DNA of 64,000 nucleotides from Cirrosporium novae-zelandiae. Lineage: Eukaryota. Location of the stretch: assembly GCA_026023565.1 (NCBI GenBank), contig JAPETS010000004.1, forward strand, positions 806,001 to 870,000, written 5' to 3'. The notes below the pieces were generated by a model. It was not told the origin of the DNA. It did not search any database and saw only the letters and a program-made list of their open reading frames with translations. The position numbers were made by a program, and so were the translations under genes. Positions 1 through 12,766 of this stretch are shown piece by piece (positions within the stretch are counted from its first letter, which is position 1; every line of letters begins with the position of its first letter).

Positions 1-1805
1 TCAGTAGCGGAGAGAGACGAGTGTTGATAAGATGATACTTTGGTGCGGAAAGAGGCGATCTTAACGGGGTCGTTCTTGAGAAGATTTGAGGCTCGTTCAA
101 TTACAGTTGAATGTCGAAGGCGGCGGGCTTGTTCTTGAGGAGTAAGATCAGCAGTAGATCCCAAGTCCGTACTGTTAGAATTGAGGTTCTGGGGGCCAAC
201 TTCAGGAACTTGTCCATTAGATCTAGGTGTAGGTCTTGGTGCTGGTCTTTGTGCAGGCTGGGTTGCTGTTTGAGTTGCAGGGCCAGGGGTTCTAGTTGAT
301 GGAGCAGGGGTATGGGAACTTAGTTGACCGCCAAAGCTTCTTGTAGAGATCGACTGTGCACTGTGAATCGCCATCTGTCTCTGGTAAGCTAGTTCATCTC
401 TACGAAGTGGTTGAGCAGAGGATCTTGGCAAAGGTTCGGTGTTTGGGTCTCTTCCCCTACCCCCTAGTCGTCCCTGTCTTCCTCTGTCTGCTTGACCGAG
501 AGGAGCGCGATAGTTGAAGCTGGAGAGGTCTACCCTTTGAGCATCTCTTCTGGCATCCTTCGATAGACTGTTAGGATGATCTTCTAGCTGATGCGCCTTT
601 AGATCAATCTCCGAATCAAATACGACAAATTTCTTTTCTAGACATTCCTTTTCAAGGCAGAGGAAATGGTCCCGACCAAAGTGTTGTTCCAACGAATTGT
701 AGTCAACATAGTATTGCTGGTTGCGTCCTTCATTACGTCTGTCACAAATGTGGCACCTTTCGTGTTTTTCCCTGCAATGGGTATACAGCTCATCATCCCC
801 GTAGAACCGTTTACGGCAGAAGCCACATTCGGGATGGCCTCGGAAACCACTTTGGTCCACGGCTCCTGGATGGTCATCTCCAAATTTCTCATGTTTTCGT
901 AACTCTGCATTCGTAAACAGCTCATGCTCATGTGTAAAGACCTTTTTATTCCTTGTACAAAGGTCGCTAGGGACATGTTAGACACTGAATAGGGTAAAAG
1001 GGGGTTAGGAGAATCAACTTACCACATAACTTTATGATGAATATTTTTCACATGACGGTGTAAGTCTGGCCAGCCCAAACAAGCAATATCACAGTCCTGA
1101 TCTGGGCAGTTGTATCGCAACAAAAGCACCGTATCTTCGAAGATTTCTTCATTTTCATATTTGATTCCTAATGTTTCATCTTCTTTCGCAAAGTCTGTAC
1201 TTTGGAATTCTTGGTATTTCTTCGTTGGGTCGTCCGTAAATATAACATGCTCGGCTTCGGTCTAGTAAAGAGATGTTAGTCACTAATAAGAAAAATATGA
1301 ACAATAAACTTACTCTACAATGGGCGCAGGTTTTATTCTTGTAAAGCGCTCGAAGTCGGAGGGCACAAATATGACAAGTTCTATGACTGCAAGGTGCAAC
1401 AGAATGATGCGCCACAGGGGATGCACAGATAAAACAGACTTCGCCCTCGGCATCGTCGTCTTGCGCAGATGACTTCTCAGCGCGAGATTTCCCCTTGCTT
1501 CCCTCTTCGCCCTCAACATTTTTGGCATCTTCGGTCAGGCGAGCACCGAAGGTGCCAGGAGGCCGTAGTCCTGGTGGTGGTGGGATAGATGGGGCGAGAT
1601 CGGGGGGATTTGAGGATCCATCGGCATGAGGGATGGCTTCAATTTCTCTTCCACCACGTCCTCCTCTGCCTCTACCTCTTCCTCGACTATTTCCACGGAC
1701 ATTGTTTTGTGGTCCACCACGTCCACCTCTATGGCCAGCTCTTCCCCCGCGTTGACGGGTGTGTGAGGGGTTTGCAGGAGTTTGGACAGTAGGAGTGTCG
1801 TCCAT
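1..1805 (-). CDS. HEL2: RING/C2H2 zinc-finger E3 ubiquitin ligase of ribosome quality control (Hel2/ZNF598 family); 3' end runs off the window
   Basis: ATG at 1805 (MDDTPTVQ...). RGG-rich N-terminus, RING CFICASPVAHHSVAPCSHRTCHICALRLRALYKNKTCAHCR, then CPDQDCDIACLGWPDLHRHVK...MCDLCTRNKKVFTHEHELF after splicing. Introns at about 1262-1313 and 967-1022. Confidence 0.9.
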
Positions 1806-4800
1806 TTCAGAAGTTGCTTGGACGAAATAAGGGTAAAGACTATTTTGTCTAAGGCAAATGAAATGAAAATAGAAGCAGGTGTGCGTTCGCTTCAGGAGTC
1901 GTTTAGTTGTTGAACGAATGTTCGAGTGATACAAACTTTGAGCTTTGGTTATAGGTGGGGGTGAGGTGATGGATAGTCTCGCGGTCACTATCACGTTGCC
2001 TCTCGGCTAATATTTATCAGATTCGTTGTCGCAAATGGGATTGAATTCAATGGGAAGTTGAGATTTATCTACATGAGCATTAAAAATAGTTTATTAATTT
2101 AGGGTTATTTTACTTTGTGCTGAAAAGTAACCATGACCAAACGAGTTCACTCTATCATTCTGCGTCATCCTCTGTCATCCTCTTACCTCACCTATGATTG
2201 GCAGATACTTGTGATGACTGTATTATAATTAAAGGATACTTTATTTCTTTCCGACGACATCTACTTTCAAAAAAGGAGTAGATAATTAATCTCCTAAAGC
2301 AAGTGATTCAACTATCAGTCATAGCTTTCCTCTACATGACTTTTCTTTCTGATAGAATTAGCTATCGATCGATATGAAAACCAGTAGAGTTGGGTGCTTG
2401 AAAAGCATAAAAATAATTATAGCTCCTCCTAGAACAGGTAAAAGGGTAGATGGAGCACGAAATAAAGAAACGTTGACACTGTCTTTTTATTGAAGAATGC
2501 TTTTATATATAATAAATATCCTTGCCCTTAACATCATCCATTTGCGGAGAAGCCATGATAGATAATGACAACAATCCTTCAGGGATACCGACGTAGGATT
2601 TGCCCTTTGTTTATTGGTTCACAGTGTCAACAATTTGTAGGCGGTGTAAGGGCCGGCTTAAGATCTCGATGGTTTAATTAGCAGGCATCATCTTTCTTCT
2701 TTCTTTGTTATTGCTCGAGGTAAGGAAAAAATCGAGGCAAAAAATGTCCGAGAGTTTTGATTTGATGGTCTGGATACATTTTGGTGCAACGTGACAACCA
2801 AGTCAAGCAGATGCAAAAGCTTCTCTCGGGATTCCAGAGGGGAGTTTCTCGAGATGACCATCATTTCCATGGAACTGGTTTGGGTATGCCTATCCATACC
2901 ATGGAAAACTTTTGAAGATATTTTTTTTTTCTTTTGTTCATATGAAGGCTGGGGGAGTCGAGAAACAGGAATGAAGAAAGGTGGGTTGTCTGGTAGAGCC
3001 CGCCAGATGCTCCGAGGTTGCCATCGGCCCTAGTTGGCGCCCATGGAAAACTGCATTGGAAACTCTTTGAAGATCATCTTGCAGCTGTCAAGCAAACAAA
3101 GTTTTTTTTTTCTGTCAGCGGGATCCAAACAATTGGCAAAACAACCCTTGATTGCTGCCAGATGCCGTTGAAGAAATTATAAAGTATTTAATTTGTTGTT
3201 GTTATCACTGATTTTAATTACGACTAGTGGACATCATCGTATGACTTGTACAACCTTTTGGGTCGTTGGACCTATTTTTGAATTAATTTCTCTCTCACAT
3301 ATTGCTGATGCATGTTGTACTTTGATAACTATTCAGGCTTCTGAGATTAATCTGCGATTTCTATGATTGTTTTGATTTGCTCAAGGAGTTCTTCAGGATT
3401 ACTTGGAGACTTTTACTTACTCGCACACCACCTATGCCGAACAGCAAGAAATCTGAAATTCCTTTTTTGACTCTCTACATAGGTATGTAACATTGGGTCC
3501 AAGTCGGGGAAAGTCCCATAATTCCCAACAGGATGGATACCGTCTCGCCTGTGGGAAATTGTGGGAAATTTGGGGAGGAAATGGCCAGTTGCAGATAATG
3601 ATCCGAACATGGTCCCTTGTACCAAGTCATCTTTCCCTTGCAGTGGCTTGCAGAATTCAAATTCAGCTTCTGGATTCACCCCATCATGGAGGGAAAGGCG
3701 GTGCAGCTCGGTGGCCCGTCATTCATATCTCCCTATCATACTGTTGACATAGATACATCTTTTTACACCTTGTGTATATTAGAAAGAAAAAAAAATCATG
3801 CCATTTTTGTGTCCAACCTGCAGTAAGCCAAGCAGGAAATCACGGTCCACTTCAACTAGAGGTGGAGATTTTATAGTTCCAAGGAGTTCCCCAGGAAGAC
3901 GGTCCGCTTATATTGATGGTAGTATCCATCCTATTCTCGGATGCTAGAATGACAGCCGCCCGTACTTTAGGAAAGGGGCGGTGGCATGGTATTGGTAGAA
4001 CTACGGATGGTCTTGATGGAGTGGATAGTAAATGACAACGAGGGTGGGGAGTGGATAACGGCTGCACAGACAAGGTTGAAAGCGGTGGGACACAAATTGA
4101 CAGTAGGATAAGAGTGACTGGCAATAATGTCGATAGTAATTGGAGGGTGAACGGGGGGGTAACTACATGCTTGGGGGTTAGAGAGGTTGACGTTGAGGTG
4201 ATTTGTTCCCAAGGCAAAGGCCGACTAAACTGGGAAATGTGGAAACAGATCCCCGGGCGGATTTGATCATGGGAGGAACAAGAAATGACATGGAAAGGCT
4301 TGCGCAGGTGCAAGTCTTCAGGTGGCTTTTAGTGCTTAATCTGCCCCTAGGAGGCTTTAGATATCCTTAGGTGTCTGTACAAGTTCCTTTAGGAGTTACT
4401 CGAGTACCCTCAAGCCTCTTGAGTTTCCCGAAAAGCTGGCATGACTAACTATCAAGATTAGAATAGGAAAATGCACTTAATTGTAAGAGCGACCTTGAAA
4501 TAACAAGGCTCCTGATCTATCAGGAAAGTTAGTCAGGTCCATTAAACCACTTATTGCTTAGTTGGCACGTAAGATAAGTAAAGCTAGAGGAAACACTAGT
4601 AAACTCTACTTAATTGAACACCCACCCCCCTCCCGCCATCCTTTCCTCCCTCCCTCCCACTTCCCATCCCAATCCACGCATACCCTAGTATCTCGTGCAC
4701 CTTTATTGTACTCAATATGTTGTTATGAATTGGGGGGGTCATGATTTAATCTTGGCATAAAGTTAGGAATTGTACTGACTCGCTAGTAACGGCATTGTTC

Positions 4801-5195
4801 GCAATTGGCCTTTCAACTCGACGCCAATCCCCAACTTGACGGCTTTCCCGTAAAACTTAAGAGAGCCCGCGATGCCCGCAATGGTCCACCCCCACCCAGT
4901 CTGGGCTAGAAATTAAGAAATTAGAAAATCCTCACACCTCAAACTTTCAGCTCATGCCCCCCTCCTCGACCCAAGTAAATGTCCATAAAAAAGGTCCTTA
5001 AAAGACTAGAAGACTAATAAAGATCTCAAGGGCCTCCCTTGAAACCATTGATCATTAAGTGGCATTTGTCCACCCTTTCTTAGAGAGATAGCCTCTCGAC
5101 TACGACACAGACTCCTCAGACTCTTCCCAGATTGTCCAAAAGCCGAACAAAACAGCCAAACAACAAGCGGCAAAAGGACTCCTACGCTACTTATC

Positions 5196-6179
5196 CATTC
5201 CCTTCCTATTCCCTTACTCCCCCTCTCCATAGCGACTACTTGTGTCTATCATCATCTAATCAGACCCTATCGATTTCTCTCACATTCCCTAAAAATTCCT
5301 CTTGTTTTCTCTTCATCCATAAATCCATATATATATACTATACCTGGACAACCAATCCTATTCAAAACTATTGTACTTTTGTATTATTTTTTGATGGGAT
5401 TAAAACAACAACCACGATATTCCAAAGATTCGGCATTCCCATGATCCGTCACCTGTCCAAGTTGATCTCTGTGTAACCTTCGATTAAAAAAGGCCCGTCA
5501 TTGGAAGAGGAACAAAAAGCCCCGAAATCAAACAAAGTCTCGACAAGTCAAGGCAAGCAAAGCAAATCAAAAAAGCCAAAAAGGGTCGATCAAAGCGAAA
5601 GCAAGAGAGAAAAAATAAACCAATGCGCGATTAATCAATTCTTGGTTAATTCCAATCCTGCATTACATTAAAACATCCGTGCCAAGGTTATTGTTGGCTG
5701 AACTGCATCATCATCTTACCCTCGTCCATTTCGATTTCGCCCGGCGTATCTCGACCTCATCAGGCTCAGGCACCATTACTCCAGTACTCCAGTACTCTCA
5801 AGTGAGACACTTGATTGATACGAAGCGAGGTTGTTCTGTTCAACCAATGCAGCACTGGAAGGCAAATTGACAAATTGACGCATACGGCGACGGAGCAAAA
5901 GTAAACTTGCAGCTGTGGCTACATCCAGCACCATGGTCATTGGGACTTCCATATATCCTAGAAGCCAACCCCAATATTCAAGTCGCTCAGGTCGCTCAGG
6001 TCGCTATTGTCGCTCTTGAAAGTCGGAATTTCTCCCGCTCACCCAGAAGGTCTTTGCCTGGTCCATGAATTTGACATCGTTATCCTAACCTGCTTAATTT
6101 ACAACCAACATACTAGCTTGAGCGCTCTCGCTTTTTTCACCTTTCTTTCATTACCTATTGTTCCTTCCTCGGCCATTCC
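5196..6179 (+). promoter_or_regulatory. velB upstream region with four AbaA/TEA-type CATTCC elements
   Basis: CATTCC at 5196, 5283, 5434 and 6174. AbaA (CATTCY) is known to activate velB in Aspergillus nidulans. The region is CT-rich, so some matches may be chance. Confidence 0.35.
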
Positions 6180-6187
6180 CATCCACC

Positions 6188-7705
6188 ATGGCAAGCACCA
6201 TGTATGTTCCACCACCGAGACCCTCTCCTCTACAGCCTTCCTCCATCGACCGACCATTACCACCACCTAACAACTACTACAACCATTCAGCCCAACCAAC
6301 TATTTCCACAATGCTACATCCTCCAACATCGCCACCCAAACCAGTACCGCCAGTGCCTGTTTCCATGAAAATGGATGGAAAAGTTCATACGTGAGAATTT
6401 CTCCACTGGAGTACATGGTTGGATACAAGCTGACTGGGCTCCCTACTAGGCTCCATGTTGTTCAGCAGCCGATTCGGGCTCGAATGTGTGGATTTGGTGA
6501 TAAGGTACCACCAAACCGAATCCTGTGAAACGGGGGACTGCAGCTGAAACAAACGTGCTATATAGGACCGAAGACCCATTACGCCACCTCCCTGCATACG
6601 TTTGATAATAACAGATGAAATTACTGGTAGGGAAATTGAAATAAAGTATGTGAATATGTTTCTTTGCACTTGCGCCGTTTTGCCTTAACTATTTCTCTGA
6701 GCAGCATTGCCCATTCTGCTGCTGCTTCAACTTGCTGTCAGTCTATTTCATAGGTTTACCTTTTATCACTAGACCGTCTATAATGGAATTCCAAATAACG
6801 GAATAGCTTATGATAAACTTAGCAGTGAAGTCGATGTTACATATGGAGTGCTCACTGTCGACCTTTGGAACGAAAATGGCACAGAAGAGGTTAATCTTGT
6901 TCGACATTCACCTACCGACCCCTCTATCTCAAATGTCAGCACGACTTCATATCCCCCACCCCCTCCAACTCCACCGGGCCATAACACAAATTACGCCTAT
7001 TTAACGTCAGCCCAACCTGCTCCTCCACCCCCTTATGCATACTCGGGAACTCCTCAACAACCATACCAGCCAGCCTACTATCAAGCGCCCCAACAACCAA
7101 GCTATTATCCCTCGCAACCTTACTCGCAGCCTCCCATGGCTGCTTCTTCATATCCAACCCCATACATGCAGCGATCCCCTCTTCACGCAGATCATCCAGT
7201 ACCCAGAGAAGCCATTCCGAACCCCAACCTGGCACAGCTGATGACACCTCCTACGGGGATGTTCTCGAGGAATCTGATAGGTAGTCTAAGTGTGAGCGCT
7301 CAAAAATTGACCGACACGGATGGAAAAATGGGGGTTTGGTTTGTATTACAAGATCTTAGTGTTCGGACCGAAGGAACGTTCAGGTTCGTACTTAGCCATT
7401 GCTAATTAAATTATACTTCCAGCCAACAGCTAACTCTCCCTAGACTGAAGATGTCTTTTGTGAATGTAGCAAATCCGCACAACAAATCCCAGCTTATCAC
7501 TGCTGGCAGCGCGCCTATTCTCGCCTCAGCCTTTAGTGAACCATTTCAAGTATTCTCAGCAAAGAAATTCCCAGGAGTGATTGAGAGTACGAATCTAAGT
7601 AAGTGTTTTGCTACACAGGGGATCAAGATACCTATAAGGAAGGATGCGGGTGGCGGGAATAAAAGAAGGCAAGGAGATGATGAAGATAGTCCTGCCGATA
7701 AATAA
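6188..7705 (+). CDS. velB: Velvet-domain developmental regulator VelB (5 exons)
   Basis: Spliced product has [49 protein letters not shown], a P/Q/Y-rich insertion splitting the velvet domain (VelB hallmark), then FSRNLIGSL...[18 protein letters not shown] and [31 protein letters not shown]. Introns about 6391-6449, 6505-6565, 6646-6825, 7384-7443. Confidence 0.93.
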
Positions 7706-8477
7706 TGCCATAGTGGTAGTATTTTTTCGGAAATATACGTGTTTGACATGAATTGATTGACCTGATGTTGCATATGTGTGTAATACACGGAATCCCGGAG
7801 CACCGAAATACCGATAGATATTTTGATCATGTGATTTAAATTATTTATTTATATAATTGGCTATGCCATGACTAATACATCCAATTTTATCTGTTGATTG
7901 ACGTAGTAGAATCTGTTGATAAATTATCCATGGTTTCCACAGTAGATCTGGGGTATTTGAATTCCCCACCCTTTGGCTTCAGACTTGGCTGTTACAATAC
8001 AAAAAAGAGGGGCCGAACTTCGGGAGATGGTCAGGCACGTCAGGGTCTATCTTTCGCCATTAGATTTTTGCATTGACCATCCGTGCCATCAAAGCTTTTT
8101 CTTGTCTCTTTCTTCTATCTTTTTTCTTTGTTGACTGGAACTGCTTCTAGGCTTAGTGAGCATGAGAATGAGTTGGTTACCTGTGATGGGGTTTCATCCG
8201 TTGCATTTAGTTAACGTGGATAGACGAGTGGTCACGAGTATTTCTCTTACGTTATGGCCGAGATGGTTTCCACTTTCTTGTCATACGGTTTGTCTTGGAA
8301 GACTTGGATCATGATCATCATTCCCCGCCGTCATCACGTCTTTGTCTGTTACATTATGTCAATCTGGGGAAAGCTTGAAAAATTTCTTCCGGTACCACAT
8401 GGCCTGAAAATTAAAGATCAAAAGGCCAAAGGTATGGGGCAGCCGTCCACCGAAACCCCCAAGAGCGGCTATGGGAC

Positions 8478-8516
8478 ACAAAGCCCACAAAGTCCACAGA
8501 GCCCACAGAGTCAACA
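8478..8516 (+). repeat. Short imperfect 9-bp tandem repeat (CARAGYCCA x ~4), intergenic
   Basis: caaagccca-caaagtcca-cagagccca-cagagtcaa read directly from the sequence. Confidence 0.6.
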
Positions 8517-9128
8517 ATTCAATTAGTGATGCCAACCTTTTTACGACAATGTACTTGGTCAATTTCTTTCACTCCTTATTCACCCCCCGGCCGGTCTCTT
8601 CCTGCAGAAACCTGCGATGCTGCAAATTGATGGTCAAGGCTCTGTTGTAGAGGTCATGTGTGGCTCTTCGTTTGCGTGTTCCTTGGAAAAATGGCCTCTC
8701 ACACCTCTCCACCATGATCCTTTTTGCCTTTCATTCTTGTAAAACCTTGACTTGGCTGATGTTTCTCTGTCTGATGTTTCTCTTTTTAGTCGGTGACTCA
8801 GGCTGCAGATTTTTCCCCTCTTACAAATCCCTAATATATATAATGACCGCCTTCCTGTTTTCCTTCATTTTTTTATTCTTACCTCACACCATATAGGCCT
8901 CAATTGCTCATAAATCAAGCCTATTGATTTTATTTTTTATATATACACTTCATTAGCAACAATCCTCAATTGGAACTCTATTGACTCTTGTGACTGACAC
9001 AAATTCGCCACCATAACTATCACCCATTCCGTTCAACCACAGAAAGCCGCAACCTCAAAATAAATTACCATCACATTTATTTTATCATCTAAAACCAAAC
9101 CGTTTATCCCCCCAACTTCAAATCCACA

Positions 9129-9626
9129 ATGTCGGGCGGTAACCACATCCCCTCCCGCAAGTCTTTCGACTCCTCCCACTCCTCACGGTCAAACCGATCA
9201 GGCAAGACCCGTTCCCCAGAACCCATGATCTCCACGGGCCGCGGCGGCGCCGGCAACATCGGTTCCCCAAAGCTAGTCCCGCAAGCCAATGACCCTGCAT
9301 CCCTTCCAACCCTCAAAGCCACCAACTACACCACGGGACGTGGCGGCACAGGAAACTTCCGTCTCAACGACCCGGAGCATCCTGAAATCGCCCGTGAGGC
9401 TCAGGATATCAAGCTGCATCCCAGGCGGATGAGCGAGAACTACCACGAGGGACGAGGGGGTGCGGGCAATGTGAGGAAGATGAGTGAAGCGGAGAAGGGG
9501 GAGGCAAAAAAGTGGAATAGGAAGGTTGAGGATGCGATGAGGAGGGAGGAGGAAGCCAAGGAGAGGGCCAAAGGGAAGACCTGGGCTGCTAAATCTAAGG
9601 AGGTTATTGGTGCTATCTTCCAATGA
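9129..9626 (+). CDS. Par32-like / DUF3602 small disordered protein with GRGGxGN repeats
   Basis: Intronless 165 aa ORF with three motifs STGRGGAGNI, TTGRGGTGNF and EGRGGAGNV, typical of the Par32/DUF3602 family. Confidence 0.75.
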   Translation: MSGGNHIPSRKSFDSSHSSRSNRSGKTRSPEPMISTGRGGAGNIGSPKLVPQANDPASLPTLKATNYTTGRGGTGNFRLNDPEHPEIAREAQDIKLHPRRMSENYHEGRGGAGNVRKMSEAEKGEAKKWNRKVEDAMRREEEAKERAKGKTWAAKSKEVIGAIFQ

Positions 9627-10523
9627 TCGAACTGCATACATGCCGTTCCTTTCAGCCATGCTAGAGGAGCTGTAGGGTTTCATTCTCCTACGGCTTATGA
9701 GATCGTCGAGTCGAGTCGCATTCGACACTACGCTCTTAATGACTCCCTCCCCCGCCAAACAACGATAACAGCAGCAACAGCACCACCATCACCACTACCA
9801 CCAAAAAAAGACAAAAATGAAGATGTAATACTAGCCACAGACAGACAGGATTTTCACGACAATGAGAAAATGGAAACAGCTCGGTTCTTCAACGGCCAAG
9901 CAGCAGAAAGGGTTTCAGAAGACGGAAAAAAACAATCCAAAAAAAAAAGGTTTCTTTGATTTCAGGAATATTAATTTTTATATGAATAGTGCTATACTGG
10001 GTGGTGGGGTCAATGGGCGAGAATGAAAGGAAAGAAGGAAGAGGGTAACTACAAAAAAAAGCAAGCGTTGGGTTGGTTCATGTTTTTTTTCTTTCTATGG
10101 TTTACGTTTTAAAGCTTATATTATTATCTTATTCCTATTTCTGTTTCTGTTTTTTTTGGGGGGGGGGGGGTTAATCCCCGATTAATTAGCACACGTAAAG
10201 GAAGGACAAAGAAAACACGGAAAAAAGGAAAATATGTTATCTGGGTTTTACTATGGTTTGATTTTTTTTTGCTTCTTTTTGCATCTTGCATATATGATAC
10301 ACCCATCTATCTATTTATCGATATATATATATTACACCACACAAACAAAAGCTCCTCCCTCCCTGGGGCTGGATGAGATGCAAGAAACCAAAAATATATG
10401 CTTATTTATACGAAGCAGCGCGACATGATGCGATGCAGATGCAGAGGGTATCATTTCAAATTTCATATCAAATCGTATCAATCACATAATCACTCCAGTT
10501 CGTCCACCTTTAATCTATATCAC

Positions 10524-12366
10524 TCACTGCACCATTTCATCCCCACTCCCACCCCCACTCTCATTCTTAGCTTCCTCCTCCTCCTTCTTCACCCCCGCGT
10601 CCAACCCCTCAAAAACTTCAATCTTCGCAACCTCCACCTCTAAACTCTCCATATCCAACAATACCATCTCGCCCGTGTCTCGAAACTTGGGTATCGCGAT
10701 TAGCCGAACCTGTTGGCCCTCGCGACCGTGGATTCGGTGGGTGTCGAAGTGGGGTTGGTTGCCGACGAAGAATATGTGGGGGCAGGAGGAGATCACGAAG
10801 GGGTCGATGTCTTGGAAGGGGTAGCACCCTGGGTTTTTAGTGTTAGTGTTGGGGGTTGGTGGATCTTAAATTTGTGTGATATGATATGGGGTTTTTTCAT
10901 GTGTAGAGTAGGGTAGGGTAGGATAAGGGGAGAGGGGGCTTACATAATGTGTCTGGTGCCGTGGGTGCAGCGCAGTTCCATCTTAATAGGCATTCTATCA
11001 TTCCGATCCTGTCGTCACCTTCTAGATATTTGTACATGTCGTCAATGGGTTGGCCGCCATTTCCCATGATCTGCCATCCATCAATATCTCCTTCCCATGG
11101 GTTTGTGACGCTATCGAACCACCCGTGCTCTCCAGACCCCGGTTGCGCTACATATGCTTTGGCATGTGAGAACATGGCGGGATGGAGTCCTTGTTGGGGG
11201 AGACTTGCGTTGGCGGGGTCGTTTTCGCCGGGGAGGAGCGTGACTGGAATGGAAGGGAGGATTTCGGAAAGGAAATCATCTAGGTGGGTTATCGGGGCGG
11301 GGTTATAGGCTGAGGCGTCATATCCGTATTTCTTGTGGTGGGTTTCGTGATCCGGGTCGAGGTGCACAAGGGGAACTGCTGGTGAAATACAACCGCCGGC
11401 AATAATGAGACGAGAGATCTGCGAAGCCGACTCGGAGTCCGAGGTGCCTCCAGCTTCACCCAAGAGGTACTCAGTCAGAAGATTCAAAGGGAGTAAGTCG
11501 TCGTCGGCACCAGTGATGGAGAGACCTGATATCAGCGCTATTTTATTTCGTAGTCGAGAGGCTTTTTGAGTGCGAGGCTTCGAGTTGGAGGTATCACGCT
11601 CCCATCGCTTAGGCTGGGGAGGAAGATCGGGAACTCTGATATCAACAACTTCGAACTCACCCTGTGAGTTTTCCGTCCCTATAACGGCAATGATACAACC
11701 AGTCACTAGCATGGTAGTTTTCAGAAAGGCACCAGTCAATTGTAACCGGCCGGACTCGTCTTCCAACATGATTGTATCAGAACCATCGGTGGAGAAGTAT
11801 TTGTCGCGGGGGGGAGGGGCCGCTATCCATTGCTGTAGGGCCATAAATTATTAGCTATGAAAATACTGGAAGGGGTAGTTAACTCCAACTTGCTTACATC
11901 TTTTGCAATATCATTAAGTATATTTGGTTTCAGTGGCATATCCATATATACCGTTCCAGCCACCCAGCAGAGCTCCCCTTGCCGAACATCGAGCACCCGC
12001 TCAACTTTCCGTGCTTTTGCACCTGCTATCTTGATAATGGACCGCTTAGCACTTCTGTAGCCAAACCAGAGTAACATAGACCTCCTACCTCTGATCCTTC
12101 CCAGGCCTTCTCGGCTATCTCCTCAACTATTGGCTTGAGTTTGGCCAATCGCAAAAAATACATGTCTCCATATTGCTGTTTGTAGTGTTTCTGCTCGCCT
12201 TTGGGAAGGTTAAAGGTGTTCAAGGGTTGGTAGACAGATGGTAGTCGTTCAAGGTCCAAATCTTTCGGGGATCTAAAAAATTGGGATGAACATTACTTCA
12301 AATGCTTGCTAATTTGTGAACTTACGAGGGTGCTTGCAGAAGCTCCTCTGCCTTTTCTTCAAGCAT
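10524..12366 (-). CDS. POL31: DNA polymerase delta small subunit (Pol31/Cdc1)
   Basis: Spliced pieces include YKQQYGDMYFLRLAKLKP, CWVAGTVYMDMPLKPNIL, MLEDESGRLQL, LLPGENDPANASLPQQGLHP, APTAPDTLWCYPFQDIDPFVI and CPHIFFVGNQPHF. Start MLEEKAEELL at 12366. Confidence 0.93.
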
Positions 12367-12454
12367 GATTGTGTGACCTGCCGTGGTGTCGAAGGGATTT
12401 TGTAAATTAAAGCAAGAAGAATCATAAATAATTAATTAAATGTTCTGGCTGAAG

Positions 12455-12536
12455 ACGCGATCTTGAGTTAAGTTCGCGTTTTAGGTTAGCCCATGTGTAA
12501 CAAGTCCATCACAATACATATACATTCACAACGCGA
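12455..12536. promoter_or_regulatory. MCB-like (ACGCG) cell-cycle elements upstream of POL31
   Basis: ACGCGA at 12455, TCGCGT at 12474 and ACGCGA at 12531, all within about 170 bp of the POL31 start. MBF/MCB control of DNA-replication genes is established in ascomycetes. Confidence 0.45.
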
Positions 12537-12766
12537 GTGATTTGTTACTTAAATAATTCACTACACCATAATACTGTGTTGGACAAGTTTGATCATTTTA
12601 ACATTCGTAACAAGACACCTGTCTTGTTTATCTAGCTTCAATCAGAACACTGCTAAATTTGACCGCCTTCATTATTATTCAATAATTACATCCTCATAAA
12701 CGATGCTCAAGGTCTCGCTCAAACATCCTTCATTAGCTCAGTACATTCGCACCATGCACACTCACA

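Noticed and set aside
2472..2631. 11-bp inverted repeat GTTGACACTGT...ACAGTGTCAAC (possible MITE)
   Set aside because: Short, no clear target-site duplication and no second copy in the window; repeats of this length are expected by chance in 64 kb.
8254..8896. Short ORFs in the velB-PAR32 intergenic region (including QSPQSPQSP)
   Set aside because: No recognisable domain or coherent splice structure; the QSP run comes from a 9-bp DNA tandem repeat.
10905..10940. TAGGGTAGGGTAGG telomere-like run
   Set aside because: Not TTAGGG, only about three units, and it lies in the pyrimidine-rich POL31 intron.
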